From Eubacteriales bacterium (lineage in GTDB: Bacteria > Bacillota > Clostridia > Oscillospirales > CAG-272), in contig JAZRDO010000019.1 of the NCBI GenBank assembly GCA_045660325.1, positions 496 through 64,495 on the forward strand: 64,000 nt of DNA, in the 5' to 3' direction. The notes under the pieces were generated by a model. That model had not been told where the DNA came from and did not search any database. It worked only from the letters and a program-made list of their open reading frames with translations. This document shows positions 26,134 to 39,600 of the stretch, piece by piece. A program made the translations under genes and the position numbers. How positions within the stretch are numbered: position 1 is the first letter of the stretch; each line of letters begins with the position of its first letter.

Positions 26134-26265
26134 AAAAATAAGCCCTCGGATTTCCCGAGGGCAGAAATGCTTTGTATGCACTCATCTCTCAGGAATTAGC
26201 ACCTTGCAATATGCAGGTTGCCGGGCTTCACAGGGCCAGTCCCTCCGCCACTCTTGATAAGGATT
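26134..26265 (-). promoter_or_regulatory. SAM-I (S-box) riboswitch with terminator, leader of metK
   Basis: Minus strand reads CTTATCAAGAGTGGCGGAGGGACTGGCCCTGTGAAGCCCGGCAACC...AAGGTGCTAATTCCTG, followed by hairpin GCCCTCGG-GAAAT-CCGAGGGC and a T-run. Confidence 0.85.
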
Positions 26266-26322
26266 TATGTCGGGCTATATTATAACATATAACCCTTTAG
26301 TTGTCAATAGATTTTTATAAAT

Positions 26323-27201
26323 TTAAGATTCTTCGACACTTTTGCTCTCTGCATACGCCTTAATCTTATCACAGGCATACGTCAAAAAATATCCCGCAAC
26401 CGCAAAAACGATTACACATCCGATATATATCGGGATATTCCAGCCCGAAAACGTCTCCAAAACCGTCGGACTTCCGTCCTCTGTGGCGGAAACAAGCATT
26501 GTCGTAGTTGCCAAGACAAAGCCGAGCACGGAGTGAGATGCAATAGAATGGAATTTATCGAAAACAAGCTTCATAAGTCTTGAAAGACCGATAATGGTAA
26601 TTAGCATCGCCACGCCCATAGGAATAACTACTTCCATAGACAATGAATTTATGCCCTCGCTCATTTTATTATAAATGCCAAAGAACATAAGCAAGGTCGA
26701 GGTGCTGAAGCCTGGGATAATAAAGCTGAGTCCCCAAGCAAAGCCGCAAATGGCAAAGCCCCACCAAGTCGCAGGAATAGTGATATTCCACACGTTACCC
26801 GCAAAGAAGAACAGTGCGAACACGAAAACAAAGCTTGCAATCATAGAAATAATCGAGTACTTGTTTCTGCCCTTCTCACCCGCCTCGCGCCAGATCTCAG
26901 GCACCGTTCCAAGAATAAGTCCTATAAATATACAAATAATTACAGGAGCATTCCAACGGAGCAGGCTCGCAGTTATACCCGCAAAGCCGACAAAGCCCAA
27001 GGCGCAGCCGATACCCACAAATATGAGCATAAACCAATGCTTTTTTATTCCCTTTATGGGAGAGGTCAAGACCTCAAGAAGCTGTGTATAGATACCGAAC
27101 GCGTAGCAAAGCGTACCGCCACTGACTCCGGGAAGTATCGCGCCGACGCCGACAATCGCGCCCTGCACTATCCACAAAAGTATCTGAAGAAATTTTTTCA
27201 T
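26323..27201 (-). CDS. DUF368 family membrane protein (polyprenyl-phosphate transporter family)
   Basis: Polytopic protein with the DUF368-type GxxPGVSGGT motif (VGAILPGVSGGTL). Confidence 0.75.
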   Translation of the reverse strand: MKKFLQILLWIVQGAIVGVGAILPGVSGGTLCYAFGIYTQLLEVLTSPIKGIKKHWFMLIFVGIGCALGFVGFAGITASLLRWNAPVIICIFIGLILGTVPEIWREAGEKGRNKYSIISMIASFVFVFALFFFAGNVWNITIPATWWGFAICGFAWGLSFIIPGFSTSTLLMFFGIYNKMSEGINSLSMEVVIPMGVAMLITIIGLSRLMKLVFDKFHSIASHSVLGFVLATTTMLVSATEDGSPTVLETFSGWNIPIYIGCVIVFAVAGYFLTYACDKIKAYAESKSVEES

Positions 27202-27239
27202 TTTCTTTTCTCTTATATAAATTTTTATAGTGTTCTATT

Positions 27240-27875
27240 TTATTTTTTCTTTACACCCTTAATAATTGGCGAAATACGTTTGTATATCAGGAACGTTATT
27301 ATTGTTACCAAAGCTCCCTTCATAAATGTAAAAGGAACATTAAATATTAACAGGCATGTAAATAACGGAGAAACTCCGGGAATTAAATTTGCTATACCGG
27401 GAAAGATCTCGGCATACATATTAATAATCTGATCAATGGGCATAAATTTCTGATAAAAAGGATACATTACAAAAAAGTTAGAAGGCAAGCTTACCATAGC
27501 CATAGCTAAAGATCCTATCAATGCAGACACTAACGCTGCCCATCTGTTTTTCTTGAATTTGTACACTAAACCCGCAGGCAAAACCAAACAACAGCCCAAA
27601 ACAAAATTTGAAAGCTCTCCTACACCACTTGTTGTTGTCATAGGAAGATTTATCAAATTTTTAATTAAACAAACGGCAACGCCATAGCCAGGGCCCATGC
27701 TAAACGAGGCAATAAGTGCAGGCAATTCAGAAAAATCCAATTTAATAAACGACGGCATAAACGGCACACTGAAGCTTAACATCATAAGCACGGCAGCCAA
27801 GGCGCCGAAAATTCCTGTCGTCGCAAGATAACGAACATTAAAAGCTTTTTTGTCTTTGTTAAGTGTAGTAGACAT
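27240..27875 (-). CDS. ribU: ECF transporter S component, riboflavin-specific (RibU-like)
   Basis: Six-TM S-component pattern (FIKLDFSELPALIASF) directly downstream of an FMN riboswitch. Confidence 0.75.
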   Translation of the reverse strand: MSTTLNKDKKAFNVRYLATTGIFGALAAVLMMLSFSVPFMPSFIKLDFSELPALIASFSMGPGYGVAVCLIKNLINLPMTTTSGVGELSNFVLGCCLVLPAGLVYKFKKNRWAALVSALIGSLAMAMVSLPSNFFVMYPFYQKFMPIDQIINMYAEIFPGIANLIPGVSPLFTCLLIFNVPFTFMKGALVTIITFLIYKRISPIIKGVKKK

Positions 27876-28052
27876 AAAAAAATCCCCTTTCTAATAAGGG
27901 GGGATACAAAAGCCAATTATGGCATACTTGTTTTTCTCATCCGGACTTTACCGTCGGTCGAGGAATCACACCCCGTCGGCATCAAAAGATGTTCGCAGAC
28001 TACGCCGTAGCGATTACTGCCGGTATGGAATTTCACCAATCCCCAAATCAAG
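27876..28052 (-). promoter_or_regulatory. FMN riboswitch (RFN element)
   Basis: Minus strand reads GGGGATTGGTGAAATTCCATACCGGCAGTAATCGC...GATGCCGACGGGGTGTGATTCC...GACCGACGGTAAAGTCCGGATGAGAAAAAC. A hairpin plus T-run lies just before the RBS. Confidence 0.85.
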
Positions 28053-28065
28053 TTTTAAAATATTC

Positions 28066-28100
28066 AAAAACGGGCCGCCGCAAAGCGACGACCCGTTTTA
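28066..28100 (-). terminator. terminator after tuf
   Basis: AAACGGGTCGTCGC-TTTG-CGGCGGCCCGTTT hairpin followed by a T-run on the minus strand. Confidence 0.75.
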
Positions 28101-28133
28101 CGGTTATTTGTATATATGATTTATATATTCAAA

Positions 28134-29339
28134 TTATTCAATGATCTCGGAAACAACGCCGGAACCAACTGTTCTACCACCCTCACGGATAGCGAAACGG
28201 AGACCCTTTTCACAAGCGATGGGCTTGATAAGCTCAACTGTCATGTTTACGTTGTCACCAGGACGGCACATTTCTGTACCTTCGGGAAGCTCGATAACAC
28301 CTGTTACGTCAGTTGTTCTGAAGTAGAACTGAGGTCTGTAACCAGAAAGGAAGGGCTTAGAACGGCCACCTTCTTTTTCTGTAAGAACGTATACCTGACC
28401 TACGAACTTTGTGTGGGGGTGTACGGAACCGGGCTTTGCAAGAACCTGACCTCTTTCGATCTCATCCTTAGCTACGCCACGGAGAAGAGCACCGATGTTG
28501 TCACCAGCCTCAGCCTGGGGAAGAAGCTTGTGGAACATTTCAACACCTGTAACTGTTGTGGACTTCTTTTCTTCTTCAAGACCAACGATTTCAACAACGT
28601 CGCCAACCTTAACTGTACCTCTTTCAACTCTACCTGTAGCAACTGTACCACGACCAGAGATGGAGAATACGTCCTCGACAGGCATAAGGAAGTCGAGGTC
28701 TGCCTTACGCTCGGGAGTAGGAATGTATGCGTCAACTTCAGCCATGAGCTCGAGAATGCAAGCATACTCGGGAGCGTTGATATCATTGTTTGTGGACTCG
28801 AGAGCGTCACGAGCAGAACCACGAACGATAGGAAGATCGTCGCCGGGGAAGTCGTAGGAAGAGAGAAGGTCTCTGATTTCCATTTCTACGAGATCAAGAA
28901 GCTCATCGTCATCAACGAGGTCCTTCTTGTTCATGAATACAACGATTGCAGGAACGCCTACCTGACGTGCGAGAAGAACGTGCTCTCTTGTCTGTGCGAG
29001 AGGGCCGTCTGTAGCAGCAACAACGAGGATAGCGCCGTCCATCTGAGCAGCACCGGTGATCATGTTCTTAACGTAGTCGGCGTGGCCGGGGCAGTCAACG
29101 TGAGCGTAGTGACGGTTGTCTGTCTCGTACTCAACGTGTCTTGTGTTAATTGTGATACCTCTTGCTCTTTCTTCGGGAGCGTTGTCGATCTGGTCGTAAG
29201 CCATGAATTCAACGTTACCGTTTGCAAGACCAAGAACCTTAGTGATAGCAGCAGTTGTTGTTGTCTTACCATGGGCAACGTGACCGATAGTACCAATGTT
29301 TACGTGGGGCTTTCTTCTTTCAAATGTAGCCTTTGCCAT
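28134..29339 (-). CDS. tuf: elongation factor Tu
   Basis: [23 protein letters not shown]. Confidence 0.98.
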   Translation of the reverse strand: MAKATFERRKPHVNIGTIGHVAHGKTTTTAAITKVLGLANGNVEFMAYDQIDNAPEERARGITINTRHVEYETDNRHYAHVDCPGHADYVKNMITGAAQMDGAILVVAATDGPLAQTREHVLLARQVGVPAIVVFMNKKDLVDDDELLDLVEMEIRDLLSSYDFPGDDLPIVRGSARDALESTNNDINAPEYACILELMAEVDAYIPTPERKADLDFLMPVEDVFSISGRGTVATGRVERGTVKVGDVVEIVGLEEEKKSTTVTGVEMFHKLLPQAEAGDNIGALLRGVAKDEIERGQVLAKPGSVHPHTKFVGQVYVLTEKEGGRSKPFLSGYRPQFYFRTTDVTGVIELPEGTEMCRPGDNVNMTVELIKPIACEKGLRFAIREGGRTVGSGVVSEIIE

Positions 29340-29413
29340 TTTGAATTTCCTCCATAAATTATGAGTATTTTTTTGTTTTTTGTTTTTTTGTTTTTTATAT
29401 AACTAATTTTAAA

Positions 29414-31540
29414 TTAGTCGTTGTTCTTGCCACGAGCCTTGATGATTTCTTCCTGAATGGACTTAGGCACCTGCTCGAAGTGGCTGGGTTCCATGGAGTA
29501 AAGACCACGGCCCTGTGTCTTGGAACGCAAGTCTGTTGCGTAACCAAACATTTCGGAAAGGGGAACGTATGCGAAGATTTCCTGCGCACCGTTACCGGCT
29601 TCCATAGACTGAATCTGTCCACGACGGGAGTTGAAGTCACCAATAACATCACCCATGTAGTCGTCGGGAACGATTGTTGTAACCTTCATCATAGGCTCTG
29701 TGAGTACGGGGTCTGCCTTTCTCATAGCTTCCTTGATCGCCATAGAACCTGCGATCTTGAACGCCATTTCAGAGGAGTCAACTTCGTGGTAAGAACCATC
29801 ATAAAGTGTTACCTTAATATCAACTACGTTGTAGCCTGCAAGTACACCGGACTGAAGTGCGCCCTGAATACCTGCGTCAACAGCGGGAATGTATTCCTTA
29901 GGAATAGCGCCGCCCTTAACCATGTCGATAAATTCATAGCCCTTACCTGTCTCGTTAGGGCCAACTGTGATCTTAACCTGACCGTACTGACCGGAACCGC
30001 CGGACTGTCTCTTGTACTTGCATTCGTGGTCAACCTGCTTGCGGATTGTTTCCTTGTATGCAACCTGAGGCTTACCGATGTTAGCTTCTACCTTGAACTC
30101 ACGGAGAAGTCTGTCTACGATAATTTCGAGGTGGAGCTCACCCATACCTGCGATGATTGTCTGACCTGTTTCCTCATCAGTATATGTTCTGAATGTGGGG
30201 TCTTCTTCAGCAAGCTTAGCAAGCGCGATACCCATCTTTTCCTGACCTGCACGAGTCTTAGGCTCGATAGCAACGCGGATAACGGGTTCCGGGAATTCCA
30301 TAGATTCGAGGATTACAGGTGCCTTTTCATCACAGAATGTGTCACCTGTTGTTGTATTCTTTGTACCAATAACGGCTGCGATATCACCTGCGTATACTTC
30401 ATCGATGTCGCTTCTGGAGTTAGCGTGCATCTGAAGGATACGACCAAGTCTTTCTCTCTTGCCCTTTGTAGAGTTGAGAACTGTCTCACCTGCATTCAAA
30501 TGACCGGAGTACACGCGGAAGAAGCAGAGCTTACCAACGAAGGGGTCAGTTGCGATCTTGAACGCGAGTGCGGAGAAAGGCGCGTTGTCATCACTGGGTC
30601 TTTCGCATTCTTCCTCTGTTTCAACGTCGATACCCTTAATAGCGGGAACGTCGAGAGGAGAAGGCATAAAGTCAACAATTGCGTCGAGAAGCTTCTGAAC
30701 GCCCTTGTTTCTATAAGAAGAACCGCAAACTACGGGAACCATCTTGTTCTCGATAGTAGCCTTACGAATAGCTGCCTTGATCTCTTCGTTTGTGATCTCT
30801 TCTTCCATAAGGAACTTTTCCATGAGATCATCATCAACGGAAGCAGCCTCTTCGATCATTCTTGCTCTGTACTCTTCAGCGAGCTCGAGCATATCTGCGG
30901 GGATTTCTTCTGTTCTCATATCCTTACCGAGTTCATCATAGTAAACTTCAGCCTTCATTTCGATAAGGTCAACGATACCCTTGAAGGTCATTTCCTTACC
31001 AATGGGGAGCTGGATCGGTACGGGGTTTGCTTTAAGACGGTCCTTGATCATGCCAACAACACGGTAGAAGTCAGCACCTGTAATGTCCATCTTATTTACG
31101 TAAGCCATTCTGGGAACCTGGTACTTGTTAGCCTGTCTCCAAACGGTTTCAGACTGGGGTTCAACACCACCCTTACCGCAAAGTACTGTAACTGCACCGT
31201 CAAGTACGCGGAGAGAACGCTCAACCTCTACTGTAAAGTCAACGTGACCGGGAGTATCAATGATGTTGATACGGTGTGTGTTGGCCTTTGTAGCAGCGGG
31301 ATCATTGTGGTAGTCGGAGTGAGCCCAGAAACATGTTGTAGCGGCAGAAGTAATTGTAATACCACTTTCCTGCTCCTGTACCATCCAGTCCATTGTAGCC
31401 GCACCTTCGTGAGTTTCACCTATCTTGTGAGTTTTACCTGTGTAGAAAAGGATTCTCTCAGAAGTTGTTGTCTTACCGGCGTCAATGTGAGCCATGATAC
31501 CAATATTTCTTGTATGCTCAAGCGAATATTCTCTAGGCAT
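29414..31540 (-). CDS. fusA: elongation factor G
   Basis: [27 protein letters not shown]; full-length 708 aa. Confidence 0.98.
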   Translation of the reverse strand: MPREYSLEHTRNIGIMAHIDAGKTTTSERILFYTGKTHKIGETHEGAATMDWMVQEQESGITITSAATTCFWAHSDYHNDPAATKANTHRINIIDTPGHVDFTVEVERSLRVLDGAVTVLCGKGGVEPQSETVWRQANKYQVPRMAYVNKMDITGADFYRVVGMIKDRLKANPVPIQLPIGKEMTFKGIVDLIEMKAEVYYDELGKDMRTEEIPADMLELAEEYRARMIEEAASVDDDLMEKFLMEEEITNEEIKAAIRKATIENKMVPVVCGSSYRNKGVQKLLDAIVDFMPSPLDVPAIKGIDVETEEECERPSDDNAPFSALAFKIATDPFVGKLCFFRVYSGHLNAGETVLNSTKGKRERLGRILQMHANSRSDIDEVYAGDIAAVIGTKNTTTGDTFCDEKAPVILESMEFPEPVIRVAIEPKTRAGQEKMGIALAKLAEEDPTFRTYTDEETGQTIIAGMGELHLEIIVDRLLREFKVEANIGKPQVAYKETIRKQVDHECKYKRQSGGSGQYGQVKITVGPNETGKGYEFIDMVKGGAIPKEYIPAVDAGIQGALQSGVLAGYNVVDIKVTLYDGSYHEVDSSEMAFKIAGSMAIKEAMRKADPVLTEPMMKVTTIVPDDYMGDVIGDFNSRRGQIQSMEAGNGAQEIFAYVPLSEMFGYATDLRSKTQGRGLYSMEPSHFEQVPKSIQEEIIKARGKNND

Positions 31541-31558
31541 ATTGAACTCTCCTTGAAA

Positions 31559-32029
31559 TTAATATCTGTAATGAGCAAAAGCCTTGTTTGCCTCTGCCAT
31601 TCTGTGTGTTTCTTCCTTCTTCTTGAAAGCTCCGCCCATGCTATTCTTAGCATCGATAATTTCTGCGGCGAGCTTTTCAGCCATTGTTCTTTCGCTTCTG
31701 TTTCTTGTATAGTTTACAAGCCAACGGAGAGCGAGAGTCTGCTGTCTTTCACTTCTTACTTCCATAGGAACCTGATATGTGGAACCACCTACACGGCGAG
31801 CCTTAACTTCAAGCTGGGGCTTAAGGTTCTCAAGAGCTTCCTGGAATACTTCGAGGGCATTCTGACCAACCTTTGCTTCTACGATTGCAAATGCATCGTA
31901 AACGATTGTCTGAGCTACGCCCTTCTTGCCATCATACATAATGTTGTTGATAAGCTTTGTTACAAGCTTGGATCCGTACATAGGATCCGGCAATACATCT
32001 CTTTTGGATATACGACCTCTTCTCGGCAC
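31559..32029 (-). CDS. rpsG: 30S ribosomal protein S7
   Basis: Starts (GTG) [19 protein letters not shown], preceded by GAAGGAGGG. Ends ...KAFAHYRY. Confidence 0.95.
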   Translation of the reverse strand: MPRRGRISKRDVLPDPMYGSKLVTKLINNIMYDGKKGVAQTIVYDAFAIVEAKVGQNALEVFQEALENLKPQLEVKARRVGGSTYQVPMEVRSERQQTLALRWLVNYTRNRSERTMAEKLAAEIIDAKNSMGGAFKKKEETHRMAEANKAFAHYRY

Positions 32030-32179
32030 TGTACTTCCCTCCTTCATCAAATTTAAAAATGAAATCATTGGTACTCAAAAGCAAACTTCTGTATGTGCGC
32101 CTCGTTAATATAAACATTCTTGGATTAACTTGGACGAACTTAATTGCTTTATTTTTACCTTTAAATAATAAGAAGTATA

Positions 32180-32608
32180 TTACTTCTTTGTAGCGCCCTT
32201 CTTGGGTGCCTTTGCGCCGTACTTGGAACGGCTCTGCTTACGGTTAGCAACACCCTGTGCATCGAGTGTACCACGAATAATATGGTAACGTACACCGGGA
32301 AGGTCTCTTACTCTACCGCCTCTGATAAGCACTACGGAGTGCTCCTGAAGGTTGTGACCGATACCGGGGATGTAAGTTGTTGCTTCAAGTCCGTTTGTAA
32401 GTCTTACTCTTGCGATCTTACGAAGAGCGGAGTTAGGCTTCTTAGGGCTTGTTGTAGATACCTTTGTGCATACGCCTCTCTTCTGAGGTGCAGGCTGATC
32501 TGTAGACTTGTTTGTCAGTGTGTTAAGACCCTTCTGAAGTACGGGAGCCTTAGACTTGTATGTCTTATCCTGACGACCCTGTCTTACAAGCTGATTAAAG
32601 GTTGGCAT
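32180..32608 (-). CDS. rpsL: 30S ribosomal protein S12
   Basis: [12 protein letters not shown]...[16 protein letters not shown]. Confidence 0.98.
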   Translation of the reverse strand: MPTFNQLVRQGRQDKTYKSKAPVLQKGLNTLTNKSTDQPAPQKRGVCTKVSTTSPKKPNSALRKIARVRLTNGLEATTYIPGIGHNLQEHSVVLIRGGRVRDLPGVRYHIIRGTLDAQGVANRKQSRSKYGAKAPKKGATKK

Positions 32609-32746
32609 TCTTCCTTGTTTCCTCCTTCTTTAAAAGATTAGAACGTTTATATACAGGCGCATAATTGACCGTTTCAGCGATCATTTACACGGTTCTGCCT
32701 TAAAAATGCACAAAATACCCCCTTAGGGCAATTTGCGTACGGATTT

Positions 32747-32775
32747 ATTATATCATTGACATTAAATTTTGTCAA
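32747..32775 (-). promoter_or_regulatory. consensus sigma-A promoter of the str operon
   Basis: Minus strand reads TTGACA, 17-nt spacer, TATAAT. Confidence 0.75.
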
Positions 32776-32842
32776 TAGACAAGTCAATTCAATTGAAAAT
32801 TCTCCGTATTGCACAAAAAATCGCAATAAACATCCAAATTTT

Positions 32843-32880
32843 TGTTAAAAATATCCCTCGCGAATGTTTTCGCGAGGGAT
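32843..32880 (-). terminator. terminator after rpoC
   Basis: ATCCCTCGCG...CGCGAGGGAT, a 10-bp stem followed by ATTTTT on the minus strand. Confidence 0.75.
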
Positions 32881-32924
32881 ATTCTATGTGATTTTCGTAA
32901 AATCTTTTAGTGATTTTTCACAAA

Positions 32925-35900
32925 TCAGAGCTCAGCGCCAACCTCAACCATATCTGCTGCATCAATTTCAGCATCTACGGAGCTGTTAACTGTCTCTTCT
33001 GCCTCTTCAGCAGCCGCCTTCTTAACGTCAATGTTCTTATAGCAGCTCATACCTGTACCTGCGGGAATAAGCTTACCGATAATAACGTTTTCCTTAAGAC
33101 CGAGGAGGTTATCAACCTTACCTCTGATAGCAGCCTCAGTAAGAACCTTAGTTGTTTCCTGGAAGGATGCAGCGGAGAGGAAGGACTCTGTCTGGAGAGA
33201 AGCCTTTGTGATACCGAGGAGTACGGGTGTACCTTCAGCGGACTTGAGCATATCCTCGCCAGCTTCCTGTCTTGCGGCGATTCTGTTGTTCTCTTCCTCG
33301 AATGCGGAAGCGTCAACGAGTGCGCCAACGAGCATATCTGTATCACCGTTTTCAGTAACTCTGATCTTACGAGTCATCTGACGTGCGATGATTTCAATGT
33401 GCTTGTCGTTTACGTTACAGGACTGAGAACGGTAAACCTTCTGAGTTTCCTTGATGATGTATTCATATACAGCATCAAGGCCGAGAATTCTCATGATATC
33501 CGCGGGAGCCTTGCTACCTTCAGTAAGAGCGTCGCCCACCTCAACGTGGTCTCCGTCGTTAACTGCGAGCTTAACGCCGTAAGGAATTTCGTACTTCTTG
33601 TAATCAGCAGTTGTGAATTCGCCTGCCTTATCGGGAGTGATGGAGATATCGTTCATACCTGCAACCTCACCGGGAAGGATGTGAACTGTACCAGCCTGCT
33701 CTGCCATAATGGCAGCCTTCTTAGGCTGACGAGCCTCGAAGAGTTCTTCAACTCTGGGAAGACCCTGTGTAATATCGCTACCAGCGACACCACCGGAGTG
33801 GAAGGTTCTCATCGTAAGCTGTGTACCGGGTTCACCGATAGACTGAGCTGCGATAATACCAACCGCTTCACCGATATTAACGATCTTACCGGATGCGAGG
33901 TCCGCACCGTAGCAGTGAGCGCAAATACCGTTCTTAGCGTGACACTGAATAACTGTTCTGATATATACCTTGTCAATGCCTGCGGCAGTAATTGCCTTAG
34001 CCATTTCATCTGTGATCATTACGTCATCGTCAACGAGAACCTCGCCTGTAGCGGGATGGATAACAGGACCCATTGTGTATCTGCCGACGATTCTGTCTGC
34101 CAAGGGCTCGAGGACGTTCTTGTCGTCCATAATGTCGTTAACCCATGCGCCCTTTGTTGTATCACACTTTTCTTCTCTGATGATGATTTCCTGTGCAACG
34201 TCAACAAGACGACGTGTAAGGTAACCGGAGTCAGCAGTACGGAGAGCTGTATCGGACAAGGACTTACGGGAGGAACGAGCACCCATAAAGTATTCTGTAA
34301 TGTTAAGACCTTCACGGAAGTTGGACTTGATCGGGATTTCCATTGTCTTACCTGTAGCGGAGAACATAAGACCACGCATACCAGCAAGCTGACGCATCTG
34401 TGTCATAGAACCACGGGCACCGGAGTCCGCCATGATCTTGATCGGGTTGTAGGTCGAGAAGCCCGCATCAAGCGCGCCTGTAACCTTGTTTGTTGTTTCA
34501 TCCCAGATCTTGATAACGCTTGTGTATCTTTCTTCTTCGGAAAGTTCACCGCGAAGGAAGTGCTTATAAACCTTATCAACATCCTTCTGAGCCTGAGCGA
34601 GGTAGCCCTGCTTCTCTTCGGGAATGGTCATATCGTAAACGGAAATGGAGAAGGAAGCTCTTGTGGAGTACTTATAACCCATAGCCTTGATATCGTCGAG
34701 CATGTTTGCACAAACTGCAAAGCCGTGGTGCTTGATGCACGCGTCGATGATCTGACCGAGCTGCTTCTTCTTTGTTACGAAGTCAATTTCAAGCTTGAAC
34801 TCGTTCTCGGGAATGGATCTGTCAACGAAGCCGAGGTCCTGAGGAATGGGCTGGTTGAAGATGAGTCTACCGAGAGTAGTTTCAATAACCTTGGACTTTT
34901 CTACACCGTCAATAGTCTTTGTTACTCTTACCTTGATTACAGAGTGGAGTCCGATAAGCTTGTTTTCGTAAGCCATAACAGCTTCGTCAAAGTTACGGAA
35001 CGTCTTACCCTCACCGGGCTCGCCGGGCTTCATCATTGTAAGGTAGTAAGAACCGAGGATCATGTCCTGAGAAGGTGTAGCAACCGCACGTCCGTCCATG
35101 GGCTTGAGAAGGTTGTTAGCGGAGAGCATAAGGAATCTCGCCTCAGCCTGCGCCTCGGAGGAAAGCGGTACGTGAACAGGCATCTGGTCGCCGTCGAAGT
35201 CGGCGTTAAACGCTGTACATACGAGAGGATGGAGCTTAATAGCTCTACCGTCTACGAGTACGGGCTCGAATGCCTGAATAGAAAGTCTATGAAGTGTAGG
35301 CGCACGGTTAAGAAGCACGGGATGCTCCTTGATTACGTTCTCGAGCGCATCCCAAACGTCGGGATGGATTCTCTCGATCTTCTTCTGTGCGTCCTTTACG
35401 TTTGTAGCCTTACCCATCTCACAGAGTCTCTTAACCACGAAGGGCTTGAAGAGCTCGAGAGCCATCTCACGGGGAAGACCGCACTGATAGATCTTAAGTG
35501 AAGGACCAACTACGATAACCGAACGACCGGAGTAGTCAACTCGCTTACCGAGAAGGTTCTGACGGAAGCGTCCCTGCTTACCGCGAAGCATTTCAGAAAG
35601 GGACTTGAGAGGACGGTTGGAGGGTCCTGTTACGGGCTTTCCACGGCGTCCGTTATCAATAAGAGCGTCTACTGCTTCCTGAAGCATTCTCTTTTCGTTT
35701 CTGATAACGATTTCGGGAGTTCTGATTTCAAGAAGCTTCTTGAGACGGTTGTTACGGCTGATTACTCGTCTGTAAAGCTCGTTGAGGTCGGAGGAAGCAA
35801 AGCGTCCACCGTCAAGCTGAGTCATAGGACGGATATCAGGGGGAAGGACGGGAAGCACGTCAAGGATCATCCACTCGAGCTTATTACGTGTCTCGGGTGT

Positions 35901-36563
35901 CTTACCACTCTTTCTGAAGGACTCGATAACCTCAAGTCTCTTGATGAGTCTTGTCTTCTTCTGTCCGTTTGCAGTGATGAGCTCGTTCTTGAGCTGCTCA
36001 GAAAGCTCATCAACATTTATCTTGGAAAGAAGCTCTTTGATCGCAGCAGCACCCATTCCAACGCGGAATTCATTTTCGTAAATCTCGCGATATTCAAGAT
36101 ACTGCTTCTCTGTGAGCACCATACCTGTCTGAAGAGGTGTTGCACCGGGGTCAAGCACCACGTTCTCGGCATAATAGAGCACCTGCTCAAGCTGCTTGGG
36201 GGACATATCGAGTACAAGCGCCATTCTGGAGGGAATAGCCTTGAAGTACCAGATATGAGACACGGGAGCTGCGAGGTCGATATGACCCATTCTCTCACGT
36301 CTTACCTTCTTTGTTGTTACGTCAACGCCACACTTTTCGCACTTGTGTACTTCCTTTGTGTGTGCATTCTTGTACTTTCCGCACATACAAGCGCCATCCT
36401 TTGTAGGACCAAAGATGCGCTCGCAGAAAAGTCCGCCAACTTCAGCTTTAAGGGTTCTGTAGTTTATGGTTTCGGGCTTGTAAACCTCGCCATAAGACCA
36501 CTCTCTTATCATTTCCGGAGATGCCAAACCTATTTTTATAGATGAAAATTCATTACGTTCCAC
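32925..36563 (-). CDS. rpoC: DNA-directed RNA polymerase subunit beta'
   Basis: NADFDGDQM active site and Zn-binding Cys cluster near the N-terminus; 1212 aa. Confidence 0.98.
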   Translation of the reverse strand: MERNEFSSIKIGLASPEMIREWSYGEVYKPETINYRTLKAEVGGLFCERIFGPTKDGACMCGKYKNAHTKEVHKCEKCGVDVTTKKVRRERMGHIDLAAPVSHIWYFKAIPSRMALVLDMSPKQLEQVLYYAENVVLDPGATPLQTGMVLTEKQYLEYREIYENEFRVGMGAAAIKELLSKINVDELSEQLKNELITANGQKKTRLIKRLEVIESFRKSGKTPETRNKLEWMILDVLPVLPPDIRPMTQLDGGRFASSDLNELYRRVISRNNRLKKLLEIRTPEIVIRNEKRMLQEAVDALIDNGRRGKPVTGPSNRPLKSLSEMLRGKQGRFRQNLLGKRVDYSGRSVIVVGPSLKIYQCGLPREMALELFKPFVVKRLCEMGKATNVKDAQKKIERIHPDVWDALENVIKEHPVLLNRAPTLHRLSIQAFEPVLVDGRAIKLHPLVCTAFNADFDGDQMPVHVPLSSEAQAEARFLMLSANNLLKPMDGRAVATPSQDMILGSYYLTMMKPGEPGEGKTFRNFDEAVMAYENKLIGLHSVIKVRVTKTIDGVEKSKVIETTLGRLIFNQPIPQDLGFVDRSIPENEFKLEIDFVTKKKQLGQIIDACIKHHGFAVCANMLDDIKAMGYKYSTRASFSISVYDMTIPEEKQGYLAQAQKDVDKVYKHFLRGELSEEERYTSVIKIWDETTNKVTGALDAGFSTYNPIKIMADSGARGSMTQMRQLAGMRGLMFSATGKTMEIPIKSNFREGLNITEYFMGARSSRKSLSDTALRTADSGYLTRRLVDVAQEIIIREEKCDTTKGAWVNDIMDDKNVLEPLADRIVGRYTMGPVIHPATGEVLVDDDVMITDEMAKAITAAGIDKVYIRTVIQCHAKNGICAHCYGADLASGKIVNIGEAVGIIAAQSIGEPGTQLTMRTFHSGGVAGSDITQGLPRVEELFEARQPKKAAIMAEQAGTVHILPGEVAGMNDISITPDKAGEFTTADYKKYEIPYGVKLAVNDGDHVEVGDALTEGSKAPADIMRILGLDAVYEYIIKETQKVYRSQSCNVNDKHIEIIARQMTRKIRVTENGDTDMLVGALVDASAFEEENNRIAARQEAGEDMLKSAEGTPVLLGITKASLQTESFLSAASFQETTKVLTEAAIRGKVDNLLGLKENVIIGKLIPAGTGMSCYKNIDVKKAAAEEAEETVNSSVDAEIDAADMVEVGAEL

Positions 36564-36613
36564 AGCGGTTCTCCTAACTATATATTACAAATTACGTTTT
36601 TTCAGGTGGTGCC

Positions 36614-39600
36614 TTAATCAAGGTCGCCAAAATCTTCGTCAGAATATGACTCGTCCTCGTACATTTCGATTTCGTCGATCATATCGTCGCCCTCAAGGGG
36701 ATTTCCGTTTTCATCCTCGAACAAGAAGGACTTGCGGAGCTCGTCGTCATCTGCATGGAGAGACTCGTTAAGACCGAGGTCGATATCGCCGGGCTTACCG
36801 GAGTAAGGAGATACCTCGTCGTCTACGCAGAGAGTGGAGAGCTTGATTTCTTCGCCGTTCTTGTCAAGAACGCGGATGTCAAGAGCCAATGCCTGAAGCT
36901 CCTTAACGAGTACCTTGAAGGATTCAGGTACACCGGGAGTAGGAATGTTCTGTCCCTTGATGATTGCTTCGTACGCCTTACGACGACCGTTGATATCGTC
37001 GGACTTAACCGTAAGGATTTCCTGAAGTGTATAAGCAGCGCCGTAGGCTTCAAGTGCCCAAACTTCCATTTCACCGAATCTCTGACCACCAAACTGTGCC
37101 TTACCACCGAGAGGCTGCTGAGTTACGAGGGAGTACGGGCCGTTAGAACGAGCGTGGATCTTATCGTCAACCAGGTGATGCAGCTTGAGGTAGTACATGA
37201 TACCAACTGTAACAGGGTTGTCGAAGGGCTCGCCTGTTCTACCGTCGTAGAGAACCTGCTTACCGTCAAATACCTTAAGCTTATGCTGGAGTCTGAGGCT
37301 TTCACGGTATTCAACGTTAGCCTTTTCCTCTGCTGTAAGCTTTCTATATGTCTTGTTGCCTTCTTCGTCAACAATCTCCTCAAAGAGATCCTTGCCTTCA
37401 GGATTTTCGTTTGCAAAAAGATCACGGCTGTAGCCCGCCATACGCAAGCATTCAGCAATATCTCTTTCGTTCGCGCCGTCGAATACGGGAGTCATAATCT
37501 TCCAGCCGAGCTTTCTGGACGCGATACCGAGGTGTACCTCAAGAACCTGACCGATGTTCATACGGGAAGGAACGCCGAGGGGGTTAAGAACGATATCAAG
37601 AGGTGTACCGTCGGAGAGGAAGGGCATGTCTTCGGGAGGAAGGATTCTGGAAACGACACCCTTATTACCGTGACGGCCCGCCATCTTGTCGCCGACAGAG
37701 ATCTTTCTCTTCTGCGCGATATAGAGCTTAACTACCTTGTTTACGCCTGCGGGGAGGTCGTCGCCCGCATCCTGAGAGAACACGCGAACGTCAACAACGA
37801 CACCGCTCTCACCGTGAGGAACACGGAGAGAAGTATCTCTTACCTCTCTTGCCTTTTCACCGAAAATAGCGCGGAGAAGTCTTTCCTCAGCTGTGAGCTC
37901 TGTCTCGCCCTTAGGAGTGATCTTACCTACGAGAATGTCGCCTGCGCGAACTTCAGTACCTCTCTTAATGATACCCTCTGCATTGAGGTCCTTAAGAGCG
38001 TCCTCGCCCACGTTGGGAATTTCTCTTGTGATTTCTTCCGGACCGAGCTTTGTGTCTCTTGCTTCGTGTGTATATTCTTCAATATGAATAGAAGTATAAA
38101 CGTCGTCTCTTACGAGTCTTTCGTTAAGAAGAACCGCGTCCTCGTAGTTATAACCTTCCCAGGTCATAAATCCGATAAGAGCGTTCTTACCGAGAGCAAC
38201 TTCGCCGTTTGCAGTAGCGGGACCGTCCGCAATAACCTCGCCTGCCTCAACCTTCTGGCCTCTCTTTACGATGGGCTTCTGGTTTACACAGTTGGACTGG
38301 TTGCTTCTCTTGAACTTGATAAGAGTGTAAACGTCCTTATGGCCGTCTTCTCTTACGATAGTAATGCTGTTAGCATCAACTCTCTCAACTGTACCCGCAT
38401 ACTTTGCAACTACAACTACGCCGGAGTCAACAGCTGCCTTGTGCTCCATACCTGTACCAACGATAGGAGAATCGGTAGTAAGAAGCGGAACTGCCTGCTT
38501 CTGCATGTTCGCACCCATGAGTGCTCTGGAGTTGTCGTCGTTTTCAAGGAAGGGGATCATAGCAGTTGCAACGGACACAACCATCTTAGGAGATACGTCC
38601 ATAAAGTCAACGCGCGAAGCGTCTGCAAGGATAATTTCCGTCTTATCTCTTACAGTGATCTTCTGGTTTACGAATCTGCCCTGATCGTCAAGGGGCTCGT
38701 TACCCTGTGCAACTACGTAATTATCTTCAACGTCAGCAGTCATATATACAACCTCGTCGGTTACGATATGATCAACTGTACCGTCCTCGTTTGTAACGTG
38801 AATAACCTTGCGGTAAGGAGCCTCAATGAAGCCGTAATCACTTACCTTTGCATAGGTTGTAAGGTAGGAAATAAGACCGATGTTAGGACCTTCAGGTGTT
38901 TCGATAGGACACATACGACCGTAATGTGTATAGTGTACGTCACGAACGTCGAAGGATGCTCTGTCTCTGGAAAGACCGCCGGGACCGAGCGCAGAGAGAC
39001 GTCTCTTGTGAGTAAGCTCAGCCAAGGGGTTGTTCTGGTCCATAAACTGAGAAAGCTGAGAAGAACCGAAGAACTCACGGATAGCCGTTGCCACAGGTCT
39101 TGTGTTGATAAGAGCCTGAGGTGTGAGCTTTTCGTTGTCCTGAGTCGTCATTCTCTCCTTAATGATCTTGTCCATTCTGGAGAAGCCGATTCTCATCTGG
39201 TTCTGAAGCTGCTCGCCTACGGAACGAACACGACGGTTGCCAAGGTGGTCGATATCGTCAACCTTGCCTACCTCGCGTGTGAGGTTGAGTATATAGTTAA
39301 TGGATGCAAAAATATCATCCTTTGTAATATGTCTGGGGCAAAGATCCGCAATTCTTTCCTTCGCCATCTCCTTGATCGCGTCAACGTCGCCGCCGCAAGC
39401 CTCTGCGATTTCGAGAAGCACGCTTGTTCTTGCCTTTTCGTTTACGCCGCAATCCTTGAGGTCGAAGCCGAGAATGTACTCGGGCTCGATAGTGTTGTTG
39501 GAGAGAACCTTAACCTTGTCGCCGTTTTCAAGCTCAACGAACGCCTCGTTTACAGCTGCGTGCTCAACTGCAAGAGCATCCTCGTAGGAGAGAATAGCTC

